DNA of 64,000 bases from contig CM114271.1 of assembly GCA_050084515.1 (NCBI GenBank), forward strand, positions 17,422,001-17,486,000. Reading direction: 5' to 3'. The translations under genes were made by a program, and so were the position numbers. This document shows, in pieces, positions 1 to 13,079 of the stretch. A model generated the notes under the pieces. It was not told where the DNA came from. It was given only the letters and a program-made list of their open reading frames with translations, and searched no databases. Source of the DNA: Blasia pusilla (lineage: Eukaryota). The number at the start of each line of letters is the position of its first letter. Position 1 is the stretch's first letter.

Positions 1-804
1 AACTGTTCTAGTCCACCATCTGCACTATTCTCAGCAATTCTGTACTTCCAAATCTTCACACAAATAGCAGAATCTCATGTTAGTATCAACCTTGATGGCA
101 TGTAAGATCTCACAGATTCGTCCCATTCCAACTGTCCCCATCTGTCAGGAAGCCATTTTCTTCAAATAGTTACCCATAAAAGACAACAAAGGGAAGATTA
201 CAAGAATCCCTAGGAGAAGATTCAAAGATTCAATGAGCTGAACTTAAAGGGCACTCTCAGATCCAAGATAATCCACTCCAATGATTTAAAATCAAAAGAT
301 TTAATGGGCTTACGTAATTATACCCGTGGCTGGAAAGTATGCATTTCAAAATACTGCTGCTGGAAGACTGAGCTGCTGCTTCTTGATTGTTCTTTCCAGC
401 TGTGTCCCATCATCTCCCGTTGATGTATGAGTCCCAAGACTCCATTATCGATTTTGTCAACTGACTTCATTAGTTTGGTCTTGTGCTTACTATCATGTCT
501 CTCCTGATTTTCATCCTAGAACCACCAGCAAAATGAATAACCATAACAAACAAATTTCTTCATATTATAGCCAAACCACTTCAAAAAACCTGCAGCGAGG
601 GTCCTGAACTCACTTACTTCAGGTTTAAATGGAAGAGAACTCACTTACTTCAGGTTTAAATGGAAGAGAACTCCCTGCATAGACATACCTGATAAGAGGT
701 GCTCACAGACTCAGGGTCCCGTCCAGATCTCTTACTTCTCTTCTGCTGCTGTGATAGAGGAAAGTATCTATTACGATCAACATCGAAGTAAAAACCTGGA
801 AGAT
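1..804 (-). CDS. DCAF4: DCAF4/WDR21-like WD40 protein, N-terminal exons (partial; gene continues beyond left edge, start-codon exon unresolved)
   Basis: Minus-strand exons 804-689 (xLPGFYFDVDRNRYFPLSQQQKRSK...SYQ), 515-324 (DENQERH...FEMHTFQPR) and 53-1 (IWKYRIAENSADGGLEQ) join in frame through GT-AG introns. LPGFYFDxxxNRYF is the characteristic N-terminal motif of the DCAF4/WDR21 family. A CT-rich leader-like tract lies at ~1826-1870 on the minus strand. Confidence 0.8.
606..673. repeat. 31-bp perfect tandem duplication (2.2 copies) in intron
   Basis: GAACTCACTTACTTCAGGTTTAAATGGAAGA at 606-636 and 637-667, plus GAACTC. Confidence 0.95.
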
Positions 805-2156
805 CTGCTTCAACCAAGAAGAGGTCACAAACTGGACATATTAAAGGTTACTTTACGCCTCTTGACTTGATGCTAGGACCAGATCCTTCCAATTAAATGC
901 AATTGGCATAGAACTTCTTGATGCTTCCAAAATTGATACTTTAAATTGTTACCAGATGCAGTCCTTCATCACTATATAAAGAGAATGCTATTTGTGATAA
1001 CAATCATGAATGACCAAGAGGCCAAGTTCACCCACGTAATTAAGAAAGAGGGGTTTAGGAAAAACTCCTGTGTACAGCAAGCAAAACTACAAAAGAGCCA
1101 TCTAACAAAGCATCGAGAAACGACTCCATAGTATCAGGGAACAGCGATAGTTAAAGCATTGGCCAGTTACTACCACTCCACAAAAAAAATCATCGAAATA
1201 TGCTGCACGAAAAAACGATACCAGCTCTGAGACATCCAAAGTAGCGCACTCAAGGTAAAGTATCAAGTATGGAGCATCCTAGCAGATCACGAATTACCAT
1301 GCCATCACAACTGTCACAATAAACTTTCAGGGAAATCCTAGGTTCTTTACATGTATGCTCGTCATAAACTGCCGCAAAATTCATCTTCCAGTAGTGCAAA
1401 ATCCCAGCTCACTTCAAGAAATCAAAAAAAGGAATTTAGGAGACATTGCTCTGATAGCAAAACGACAGAGTCTCCTTTAGTTCTTAGACCTCACAGTTCC
1501 AGTCGTTCTTAGTATAGTGAAAACGGAATCGGGAGAATCTAGTAGATCACGCGGTTTTACTCTGAACAAGAAAAAGAGCAGATACAGTAATTGCCAACCA
1601 GAACTCATGACAAACTACGGTCGCAACACAAAAACCTTAAGGTTCCGGTGAATTTCAGTACAGCGCAAGTAGATAAACGAACCTGCGGGTGGCATGATGA
1701 GCAAAGTTTCCAAAATTCCTCCGCACGCATACGCAGAGTGGAGTATTGTCCAGCTCCCTATCGGTCATCAAAAGACACAAACAAGATGTTTGTTGGTCAA
1801 TGCACAAGGATAGTGTGGGATAGCGGAGGAGAAGGAGGAGGAGGAGGGATGCATGAGGGATGGAGAAGAACATAAGGGAATTTTACGTTTGAAGGCAAAT
1901 TAAGAATGGCAAAAGAGGACAGAGTGCAGAGATCTTAGCGACTCGAATGGGACTCCATGCAATTACTATTGCGTCTCTATTTGAACTAGAAGAACATTCA
2001 AGCACACCAAAGACTACAATAGAATATCTCGCCATTATAATGAGGAAATCTACAGATTCCACTAATCGGTTGATAGGACCCTCAAATCAAAGCTTGGAAT
2101 GTCAGATTGCTCCGGCCCACTACGTAGTCCTGCCCCTAGAATTTTAATTAGTTTAG

Positions 2157-3082
2157 CCGCTCATTTGAACATGCTTCGTAATAGAAACAATGATGAAGAA
2201 TAATGATGAGGCCAGGGTTCTACAGAGTGCTCTTTCTTTACAAGAATGCTCACAGTTGGATCAACATATCAGGAGACATTAGGGCGTCTCACATACTTAA
2301 TTTTTTTGAAAAAAAAATTTGAACTTCAATATTGCCACGTTCCCGATTTTTAGGGCGAGTGAGTTACATACACGGAAAAAAATCCAGAATGAAGGAGGGA
2401 GAAAAGAGAGGTATATCTAGGAAAAAATTGGCAGGAGTGAAACTCCCTTTGAAAATGTGTTCTCAAGATCCAAAAATGAGTCCAAAGCGAGCAAGAAAAG
2501 GAGCATAAATTAACTAATTTGCAATCAGACAAAGCCACTATTTAACGAGTGAAAAAATGAGAAATCTGAACCTATTTTGCTTGTGATTTATGAGTCATTA
2601 TTCAGGACTACAAAGACCCACAATCACCCCCAAAAAACATTTTGGCAAAATATTGGATATGGAATTTTTGGGATAACTTATGGGAATATTCAGGTTTTTT
2701 ATTTTCATGTACGTAAAAACATACTTGTCATATCAATGATGAGACATCCAACACAAAATTTTGGTAGTATACAATTAACATAACTTTTGAAAAAAAATCA
2801 TTGAACATTTGGTTTATGCAAAATCTTTCCCACATAGAACTTGCAAACATTATGAGAAATCTTTGGTTGACCAGATTTTGGTAATATATAACTCATATGT
2901 CACCATCATCACCGCTCATTTGAACATGCTTCGTAATAGAAACAATGATGAAGAATAATGATGAGGCCGGGGTTCTACAGAGTGCACTTCCCAATAGTAA
3001 AACTAATGTTCTTTCTTTACAAGAATGCTCACAGTTGGATCAACATATCATGAGACATTAGGTGTCACTCATATGTCACCAT
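2157..3082. repeat. ~130-150-bp dispersed direct duplication (2157-2283 and 2912-3062)
   Basis: CCGCTCATTTGAACATGCTTCGTAATAGAAAC...GAGACATTAGG occurs twice. The second copy has ~24 extra nt and is flanked by the 16-bp direct repeat ACTCATATGTCACCAT (2891-2906, 3067-3082). Confidence 0.9.
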
Positions 3083-4903
3083 GATTGAAAATCACTAGTT
3101 ACTCGTAAAAACACAAAAGCCAAGACATATCTTCCAAATGGTTCCGATGACTAGGGTAGTTTGCTGACATAATACCAAAATATGAGTCATATTATTATGA
3201 TTGCCACATCATGTACATGACATGGCAAGTGATTTAATGGCATGGATGAAATGAAAAAATATTTTTATCTGTCCATAGACCTCATCCTCCATCCATTTGT
3301 CCATCCCTACGTCCAATATTTAGCAGCCCCATTCATGTAAAGTCCATTGGTGGAACCCATCCACAATGCCCATGTCTTTCAGAAACGGAGACTCCTTAGA
3401 AAATCCCCCCCCTCCCCAAAATTGAGTTGAATTACTTGTGCTTGCAAATTCTCATGATCAAGAGTGTTAGAAGTTTAATTCCACAATAGAAAAAAAATCG
3501 TGGAGATCAATCACAGGCAGCAGGCAACTTACAAAAAAATCTGGGTCAGCTAGTTGTTTTTGTTGGAGATGTCAAGCCTTTGTCCAGATGCAGTAGACAA
3601 CCGGAGGCTATGCTCCACACTCGGACAAAACAATCCTCATCACCTAAATCACCAATGGGTATAAATAAGCTTACTTAGTTCTCCAGGTATTGCTAATTCA
3701 TACACCAATTTACACTCCACTCAATGAATTGTATGTACATCTAGTTCTACATACACAAATCCATGACAACCAATAAATAAGATAGTTTCTGAACGTGATA
3801 GTTAACACGTAAGAATCTAACCAGAACCAAGTAGTCTCTCAGTAGGGTCCAACCCAAGCTGCAAAATAGTACGTGTGTTCAAGTGTCCATGATATGAACG
3901 GAGTGCTCCACTCCTTACCATTTTTCGCATCCATTTTTAAATCTAGTGCACAACATAGAATAATCATAAATGAAAAGGTGATCCCATTGCAACCCTCTCA
4001 AGCTCACAGTTCTTGCGAAAGACTCGGGATTCATACACAACTTCAACAAAACTTCATGATGTGTTAAAGGCATACGAGAAGATAATGTTAGTACTACGAT
4101 AATCAATCCTAGAAGGGTACAATGTGTGTGCCCTTTTCTAGCATGAAAAAGCCTCCCTTCCCGCCTCCTTTGTTTTGGGGGAAAAACACTTCGTCCCCTT
4201 CACCTTTAGATAATAAAATTCTCCTCCCTCCCTTAACCCCATTCTTAACCACAATTCATTTCCTTATAAATCTTTGTCTTAATCATATTAAAAACCCTCT
4301 ATTCCGTCCCTACCACTTTCTTCTTTTATAAACCCTAGAAACCTCCCTACCTTACCTTAAATTATTCTTGATGTAGCTACAAAGTAAACTAGTGTAAGCT
4401 CATGTTATGCATAGGTTTAAATTACCTCCTAAAATGAGAATTAACTTTCAAAATTCTCAAATGCCTCTTCAAATCAATTTTGAGAAATCATATTGGTTGA
4501 AAGTATCGAGTATGAAGAGGAGAAGAGTTTTTTAAATGAAGGGGCACTCTCAAATAATAATATAGATATAGATGATGTCTTCTCTCTTATTGATGACTAG
4601 TAAGGTGCATGTGAGTGACCATGTGATGCATGGTCACTCTTTAATAACATTGAGTGATTATTTCAACACTAAAATTGGTTCACCAATGTTAAAATGTACT
4701 TTTTAAGCATACAAGTGTCATAGCTAGGCGAAACATCCGATAAACTCAATCCTCCCATTAGTACATAAATGAGGGAAAAAGAAGTCCTCCTTCCCTTTCC
4801 AACCCCTATGTCTTTATTTATGAAATAAAATCGCTATCGTCATGAAGAATACAAGGTGTGTACAACCATTCTCTTAACCCTGCACCATACTAATCTTTGA
4901 CCT

Positions 4904-5522
4904 TGTCATATCTTAGTAGTCGATAGGCCGAGATCTATCGTGGATAGGGCGTAGAAGCCAGCGGACTATCTTGAGTGTAACTTTGTCCCACGGTGTCGGA
5001 TGAGGTTGAGGATATGTCCATTGTGTCAGGAACGTTGTTTCTGACAACTTTCATGTTGAGGTCTTTTACAGCCGGGTGACTTGTTGACCAGGTCACCCGC
5101 CCCTGGCAACCTGTGCGCGCAAGTTACCAAGGGGAGTGCTTTTTTTACGGGAAGAGCCTTTTGGCTCCTCCCCAACCCTATATAAGAGAGGAAGATGGCT
5201 TTCCTAAGCCATCTTTCTCATGTTGGGCCGTTGGAGCACCTCCCTTGTATGTGTGTGAGATAGGACTAGGGTGCTAGCGTCCGGATTCCTTGATAGCACA
5301 GGGTGGACGAGGCTCGATATGCTGATATAGATTGAGGAGTGGAGTTTTAGGCCGGGTGTGTCGTTTTTACTACTCTTTATTTTTGTTGTGTGATCTCCAT
5401 GTATATGTATGAGTTGATTTTTGTACATGTGTGGATCGACCCGTGTGTGGGGAAGATCGGTATTGTGTGGTGTAGATATGACGAGCGATGTATGTTGTGT
5501 AGCGATATGTATGCGCATGACA
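4904..5522 (+). mobile_element. Solo LTR (619 bp) of the DNMT/PHD Ty3-gypsy lineage
   Basis: TGTCA...TGACA termini, 4-bp TSD ACCT (4900-4903 / 5523-5526) and a TATA-like CCTATATAAG near 5177. A highly similar inverted copy lies at 17330-17949, and the 3' end resembles the LTR end at 17054. Confidence 0.92.
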
Positions 5523-5720
5523 ACCTAAACATCTAACATCTTTTCTAAAATATACTTATAATCTCCCGAGCTCCCCTAAAACATTCATAAAAGACTTTTT
5601 CCAGATATGAAATCTTTTTTCTCAAGATGGAGAAAACAATTGAATACAAGAAATACTTATGGAAAACTATAAACATTTATAATTAGAATTAACATAATAA
5701 TTCAAATTTGCACCTTGATT

Positions 5721-6052
5721 TTATCCCTTCCATCCCTAGGTTAGTATAAGGGGATACTTTTTATTACTTGAAAGAGGATTCATACGTCCCAAGAGGAGGT
5801 TAATAGGAGGGGAAAGATGTCTTAACACTGAAAATATGATGATGATTTGATTTGTGAAAAATAAAAACCATATTCTATACCTTATATCCCTCCTATTCCA
5901 AGGTTAGTATAAGGAAATCTTTTTTATAACTTGAAATAGGAATCACGTGTAGCAAGGGGAGGTTAATAGGAGGGGAAAGATGTCTTCAGGCTAAAAACAT
6001 GATGAAGATTTGATTTGTGAAAATCAAAACCATATTTTATCATTAGTATAAG
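5721..6052. repeat. Diverged tandem duplication, ~161-bp unit x2
   Basis: AGGTTAGTATAAGG...GGAGGTTAATAGGAGGGGAAAGATGTCTT...GATTTGATTTGTGAAAA...AAAACCATATT repeated at ~5721 and ~5882. Confidence 0.85.
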
Positions 6053-6147
6053 GAAAAGGGAAAAAACTTCAAATCCTATGCAAACATGACACTTCATTGC
6101 ATCTAAAATGCATTCCCATGAATTTTTAGGATCTTGTTTACAATTAT

Positions 6148-7556
6148 TGTTGCGACCTTCATAATCAAACGAACGCCAAGCTGAACATCAGAACTCTAGC
6201 AGACTTGCGCTATGATGGTTTGCACGTTGGAGTGATCTCTCTATTGAGATGCAAGAGACACAAGAGCTTTTATGGTTACGACTAGGAAACCTGAACCATG
6301 ACCAAAGATCTTAGAGGAATCGAGTCTAAGAAGGTTGGTTGCCAAAGAGGTGAAAATTGAATTTGGAACTAGACTAGTGTTTGGGGTTTTGACTGTAATT
6401 GGACCATAACTTTTAGTCCCAATATGGGTTTGGAACAAGTAAGATAGCGTTGGAAAGCTTATGCAATGCGAGTTTCAACATACCAAAGATCTTAGCAAAC
6501 CCAAAAGTAGAGGCAGAAAATTCCCAAAAATAACTATACATTGAGTTGGGTTGAGGGTTAAAAAGAGTGGCCCGAACGTCCTTACCCAAAGATGGAGGAG
6601 GGCATAGAATCCCAGAAGTAATAGTAAGGGGGAAGGTCTCCCAAAGTGCTTGGGACTTAATTCCCACTTTGGGGTGCTGCTAGGCGATTCATGGGCACGA
6701 AATCGATCAAGAGTTTGGCGTTGGGATTCGAAACCCAACGCCAAACTCACCAAACCAAGTCCAATAGAGTGGATTTCAGAGGTCCATGTTGGATTTCAAC
6801 TCGCGACACATTTAGTTGGATCTCGGTTTGGGGCTCGTGCAAGGTCCATTGGACAATTGGAACCGCTAGGCTTGCGAACGCCATTTTTTGTGTCTTGACT
6901 AACCAGAGAATCTAACCCAAATCTCGAAAGATTTTCCCGTGTTGGGAAGCTAGGAATAAAGAAGGTTGAGATTGGTGGGTTGGAAGGCTGATTGACCCAG
7001 ACTTGACTAACGTTAGTGTGTTTGGGTTAAGATCAGCAATTAGAGTGTGTCCTACTAAACGAACGCTTCCATAACAGTAAAGCGAGACATTCAAGAGGAC
7101 TTTTGATGACTTCCTTTATTGTAGAAGAATATGGGAAGCAAATAAAGCTCATACATGTGGCAAGGCTTTCTGGGCAAAGTTTTCTTCCGTTGCTTGCAGA
7201 AGAATACGAGAAGGAATATCAATCAATGTATCCATCCAACCCACCTTGGATGGATAAGGCTTCGTGACAACTTCTTCAATTGTGGAGCATAAGGGTTGGC
7301 AAGACAACCACGAGATGCCAAATAGCAAAAGCTAAGATGGGTGTTAACCATGAGATACACAATGAAATTTGAAGATCCAATTTAAGTTTGGGGAAGTGAA
7401 GATGGGAAAAAATTGCCTTAAGACTTTGTGAAGTCATCTTGGGCGTTAATTAGTTAAGCGTAGGTTTGCAAGATGCAAACCACATTAGGATGTGGTAGGA
7501 TTGATTAGATTTCAGGCCAAGGGTTTAGGGTTTAGAGGTTGAACTCTATTGTGATA
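6148..7556 (+). mobile_element. LTR-like repeat related to the chromovirus downstream region at 55.5-56.5 kb
   Basis: 6181-7070 is collinear and similar to 55540-56465 (e.g. GTGGTTGCCAAAGAGGTGA-like block, CCCACTTTGGGG, GATTCGAAACCCAA, CAAGGTCCATTGGA, GTCCTACTAAA). It starts TGTTGCG and ends TGTGATA. No TSD found, so boundaries are approximate. Confidence 0.65.
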
Positions 7557-10369
7557 TGAGGATGGAGACTTTGATTAATAAAAACACATATACATCACTC
7601 TTGTATTCCCGAATTTCTAGTTGATTTCCCATTACTATATTTTCCTTAGACAATATTTTCCTTGCTAGAGTTTTTGATTTAAATACATCCTTGAAAATCA
7701 CACTTGAGTTTCATCTAAACTCAAGTTACTCGACTTTTCTTTCCCATTCTCCATATTTTTTTCTCAACGCATTCAATTATATTCAATTTCCTTATCTTTG
7801 AAATAATGTATATTATCATGGGAGAATGCACTCTTTATTTTTCAATAGCTCTCCTTTTAATATTTGGCCTTTTTAGCGAAATAGGATCTTGACATAAGGC
7901 CATAAGTAAATTGGGATTACTCAAGTTCAGGATCTAGTTTAATATCAACCAATATTAATCATGGGTAATTCAAATTACCCATCATTGCATCGCTAGAGTA
8001 TCTACTAGTCTCTTTCATAATAAAGATTAGTCTCTTTGATAACAAAGACTAGTGTATAGTCCATGCAATGCACCGGAGTGAAAGAACTAACCATCTCACA
8101 CAAATTCAATTTGTTTTTACTTTTTACATATTCTGTGGAAAATATTTTCTTGTTGCCCAGTTTCCAATCAAAGAAACACATGTTTGCAAATAAAAAAGCA
8201 CTCTCCAATAATAATATAGATTTCCATCACTATGCAAAGAATTCATACGCATGTAGGAAATACCATAATAATAAAATATGAAATATATACAATTATTGGA
8301 GACATGCGTCTTAGTTCCAAACTGGGTTTCTGTGACACGTGACAAAATGGACCAATCGGATTGCGCCAAATGTTGATGATTGAGAATTCAAAATTCAACT
8401 TCAAAACTACCATCTTGGGGTCATAATTCGTAGATTTTTTCCAAATGTCAGATGTTGGAGCATCTGCCTTAGCCGCTGCTACCGTGCCGCTTTAAGAAAA
8501 GTATTAGGGAAAGATTAGGGTTTAAGTGATTTTAAGGTACTTAAGTTTGAATCACTACTTCAAGTATTATATTGTTTGCAAGAGGGCGTGGGAAACTAAG
8601 TAGAGTATCACTTCTACGAGTATTATCAGCAGAATATCCCAGAAGTGAGTGCTTCCTTTAATATGTTTCCTTTCAAGCATTTCCACTTTCAAGCATTTTC
8701 CTCTTTCAAGCATTGCCTCTTTCAAAAAACTTCTTTCAAAAAACATGCCATTCAGACATTTTTCGAGATTCTCAAATATTTGCTCTCAGAAGTAGAGCTA
8801 CTACTATTGTATCCACATTGCTAACACTGAGATTCTCATATATACATCCTATGGTGCGAAATGTTTCCTTTAAGCTCCAGAGCTACTGTTACACTGTATC
8901 AAGAGTAATTATTTTGAATCATTTCTGGGCAATAATACCACTTTCTAATAGGCGTTTGATTTTTGTATATTGCAAAAGGTCTACACATGATCGAAGAGGT
9001 ATAGCAAGCGGCCTCATTGGCGCATGCGGTACGCAGCCCCAACATCATTCCAACTTCTCTGCTGATTGTCTTCGAGCTTCCTCATTGTAGTTTCTCATTG
9101 CTTCTATTGTCATTCACCATCTTCATCTTTCTTATGGAGAAAGACCTGCAAGACAAACATCTCCATGTTATTAACGAACCCTTTTGGAAATATGCGAAAT
9201 TTCAAACAAGCGAGAAGGTGAAACATGGCTTGCAGGATGACAGCAATGAAGTCTACTCAAGGGAAAGGGAAGAAAGCCACTCACCAGATAACGTCCAGAG
9301 AGCACTTTGGAGTTAAAGATGTAGACACATCACCTTCAGATCACTTTGGTTGGTCTAAATCAACACAACATGAGAATGAGCACTTTTCTTGTTCTCCAAA
9401 TTTGGCCAAGGCGCATACGTCTCCAAGTCCAAAAAGACGACAATTACCGGTCAGTCTCGTGAGCGAAAAGAAAAATCTAAGGACAATGCGAGTCCTTCAT
9501 GGGGTCAAAGAATAAGCACTTTTGATCACAAGGGAGGCTTTGGAGATGCGAAGCGAGATTCTCTATCTGATCAATCAACACCACAATACAAACCCGAGGA
9601 TGCACAGTCCCTTGAGTGTGAACCACGACACATACCACCTCATAGTGGATCACCAGAGTATGAACAACGTAGGAGTAGATACACAACCACGAAACCAATA
9701 GAGTCCCCTAAAGAAGGTTTCACCAAGTCATGTAAACTTCCAGACATTGGTGAGAACACTTTTGCAAAAAAGAAGAGACAAACCCATAAATGAACTCGGG
9801 TTTTACTAAAGATCAAGATGTTAATTTGAGATCCCACTTTGAGTGAATAAGTAAATGGAGTAAACTCCTCTCTACTCTCGCACTATTTATTGCTATTCCG
9901 AGAGTAGAGATCTCACATGAATAGAGAGGGTCTACAAGGTTGGTTGATCTAATCAATATGCTTAGGCCGTTCCCTGCATTGTCTGAACAAAAATCAACGT
10001 CATAACATTAAAGCAAGCAAGCAGAGTAGAAAGATGCAATAGCAACTTGCCTTCTCATCAAATCGAGTAAATGTCCGTGTTGAGATGAGCCAAGTAGCAA
10101 GTAGCTATATAGGTTCGACTAGCAAAAGTAGCAAGTGAAGGGAGCGGAGGTGAACCAAGAGTAGGGCTACAAGAGCGAATTCATTAGAAAAGACATTGGG
10201 AGTGGAGGTGCAGTAGCAGAGCGTCAAATACAGCAATGGCATTCCGGCTAGGAGCAAAGTCATAACCAAGAGTAGGGCGTTTAGGCAGCAAGGTAGAGCT
10301 AAAATAGATTGTAAAATCCGCACTACCACATGTAATAGAAAATCATGTAAGGCCCAAAAGGCCTTCTCT

Positions 10370-11060
10370 ACCTATTCGCCGGTGAACGAGTATGCAAAGC
10401 AACAACAAAAATAGCAGCAAGTAGCAGCAGAGGAGCTGAAACAGCAACGCATGAGCGGCAGCAAGGTAGAGAAGGAGCTGTTGAAGTAAACCCGATTGCG
10501 GCAGCAAGGTGGAGTGCAACCCCTCAACCCAAAATGGGGGAAGAGAAAAGTGGAGGTGGAGCAGGTCCGTGCTCCCACCTAATCCCACCAAGAAAAACAT
10601 AGGACAGCCTTATGCAAGATACGATACGATCGCGACAACAATGTGGAGCGGAGGAGCCGATGCACCAGCGACGAGAGCAGAGCAAGGTTGAGTGCATCAC
10701 CTAGGTAAGCAATAAGAGCAGCAGCAAGATGGAGTGGATCGGAGCAGCGCGTTGAAGCCAAAACGGGGGAAGAGAAAAGTAGAGGCGGAGGAGGTCCGCG
10801 CTGCCACCTACTCCCACCAAATGAGACCCAAATTACTCCCCCTCTCTGATCGAGCCCGCAAGAAAGACATTGATTGGGGCATGAATGTGGAGCGGAGGAG
10901 CTGAAGTAGCAACACAATCGCGGGAGCAAGGTAGGATGGAGGAGCTGAACTAGCAACGACAGCGGCAGCAGGGATCAGAGCGGACAAGCCAAAATGCGGG
11001 ATGAAAAAAATGGAGGTGCAGCAGCTCCTCGCTGCCACCTACTCCCACCAAACAAGACCC
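10370..11060. repeat. GC-rich degenerate tandem array, ~230-bp unit x3
   Basis: GGGGAAGAGAAAAGTrGAGGyGGAG..GGTCCG.GCT.CCACCTA.TCCCACCA-type block at ~10537, ~10766 and ~10998. Confidence 0.8.
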
Positions 11061-11538
11061 GTTAGGCCTCCACTCCCTAGTCACGACTGAAAAAAGGCCT
11101 AGGCCCCGGCCCTCGATCTCCCATCTCCCCACCCCCTTGCACAGCGCCGCCCTATTGTCCGAAGCCCTAGCCTTACTCCTTTCGCGCTAGCCGTCGATGG
11201 ACTCCAACGATGGAGATCTCATCCATAAATGAGCGGCCAAGATGCAAAGATGCGGCTAGAGATCAACGGCTAGGATTAGCTTCTCCATAAAATGTCCTTT
11301 CCCCAAACAAAATTTGCCCAAAAGATGGGGTTTTGGGGAAAATTTCTAACTTTTCTCTTTCCTCTTTTCAATCCCCATTTTGAGTTTTCAAAATTTATTT
11401 CTTTCTTCCTTTTTTTAATTGAATTACTTCTTTTCTTTTAATCTTCCATACTTCATTCTATACCATAGAAAAAAAATTCGGATATACTTATAGTGGCAAT
11501 TTTTTTTTAACTATTATTGCGCATGTGTGTTTTGTAGA

Positions 11539-12375
11539 TGACAAACATTGATGAAATAGCAATGCGCGTGGAGAATAGGCTGCTTTGCGACATCATGAAT
11601 CTACCTTAGACACCAAGACATGCAGAATTACAACATGCTCCAACATCTTCGACGTATGTTACATGGTCTTAATTTACCTTTTCTCTACTACTTTTGCATG
11701 TGTTTTGTATAGAAATTATGGTACGTAATAATTATTTTGTTCACTTCACACTCAACACACTTCCTATTCCATCAAATCCAACGCATGTTTCCGACTTTAG
11801 AAAACTGCTACGTGTAGAGGTGCAAAGGAGAAATCGTCTTATTCCTGTAGAAAATATGGTGCAACAACAAGAAATACAAAATCGAGAGTTCATTCAAACA
11901 TCTCCAACATGAGTTGGTTCCGTAATACATATCTCTAATTTTTCCACTATTATGTACATTGAATTAATGCTTTTAATGAAGTTTTTTCATCTTTTTTTGT
12001 GATTGTATATGTTGTAGATTTCCTATTCCACGGAACCCTCTATTATGTACATGTATTCAATGTTTTTAATCAAGTCTTCTTCACCTTTTTTGCATGATTA
12101 TATATGTTCTAGACTTCCTATTCCATCAAATCCTACACATGTACGTGATTTTTGAAAGGTGTTGTGTGGGGAGGCACAAAAAAGAAAACAGGCTATTGGT
12201 GTAGAGAAATTGGTGGAACAAAGAGAAATACAAGCTCAAGAAATATCTCCAACGTAAGTTGCTTCCTTGATTTAATTCCTTTTATACTTTCTAATGGTGC
12301 TAGATTTAATCTATTAAGAAGTCTCATTCAACTTTTCTCCATGATTAAATATTCTCCTGACTTCCTATTCCATTA
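11539..12375 (+). pseudogene. Tandemly repeated small exons (LPIPSNPTHV...SPT), probably from the Helitron 5' coding region
   Basis: Units begin (A)C/TTTCCTATTCCA at ~11760, 12019, 12114 and 12361. Two translate LPIPSNPTHVxDF...EIQ...SPT and end at donor-like AC|GTAAGT (12253) or the mutated AC|ATGAGT (11909). Confidence 0.55.
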
Positions 12376-12691
12376 CTCGTGATGATATACCACCGTTGGC
12401 AGTGGCCAGTAGAGGGCAGCATTGCCTACATTGGTGAGTTTTCCGCCATCTCATGCTTTTTGTCAGGGAGGACCAGGCATGATATGGGATGAGCAGGTAG
12501 GTACACTCGTGGAGCCCAACACCGACGAGCGAGAGCGAGCTATGGGGTTCTCTACAGGTACGACGGCGGTGGCTATGATGGCAGAGCCATCCCGAAGAAA
12601 GGTATTGGGTCAGGCTATAGACCTGAATTGTCTTACTTGGGTGTTCACTCTTGGTTTGGCTAAGCACAGACGGTGCGAGAGGCATCTGTGA
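12376..12691 (+). pseudogene. C-terminal fragment of a DNMT3-like C5 cytosine methyltransferase within the retrotransposon
   Basis: EPNTDERERAMGFSTGTTAVAMMAEPSRRKVLGQAIDLN matches the C5-MTase motif IX-X pattern (E-R-x-x-G-F ... T ... R-x-x-x-L-G), as in DNMT3 [26 protein letters not shown]. Motifs I-VIII are absent because of the truncation. Confidence 0.75.
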
Positions 12692-13079
12692 CATTATGTC
12701 CACTTTGCAGCTCATTGTCTACCGGGACGGGTGAGACACTAGTTGGGGGCGCGATGGTGATGGAGAGGCATCCATGGACTTCATGGGACATGTCACGAGA
12801 GCATAGAGAGATGGGAGTTCATTTCGTTGATGCAGGACATAGTGGAGTGCCTAGAGAGTTGGTGTCTGAGTTGGGAGCGCATGTTGTTGCTCCAGAGGTT
12901 GCTAGTTAGCAACCACCACCCTCCTCTTCTCTAGAGATCACGAGAGAGACTTGGGAGCCGATGATTGGTCCTAGATTGACAAGAGCGGAGAGGAGACGAG
13001 TGTTGTAGTTCTTGTGGAGATTTAGGGACTGTTTTGCATACAGTATGCACGACTCGGGTACGCTGAAGGGTCCATGTAT

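Noticed and set aside
91-141. 51-nt in-frame segment with AG/GT signals in the DCAF4-like intron (MGTVGMGRICEILHAIK)
   Set aside because: It would leave a 37-nt intron, and direct joining QPR|IWKY fits the family better.
5204-5518. 104-aa ORF repeated at 17309-17632
   Set aside because: It lies antisense within the solo LTRs. The recurrence reflects LTR identity, and there are no protein motifs.
8660-8745. Short CTTTCAAGCATT repeats resembling a spaced array
   Set aside because: Degenerate minisatellite without unique spacers in a eukaryotic context; not CRISPR.
9017-9793. S/R/K-rich ORF fragments inside the Helitron
   Set aside because: Broken frames and no recognisable family; cannot be called a captured gene without a search.
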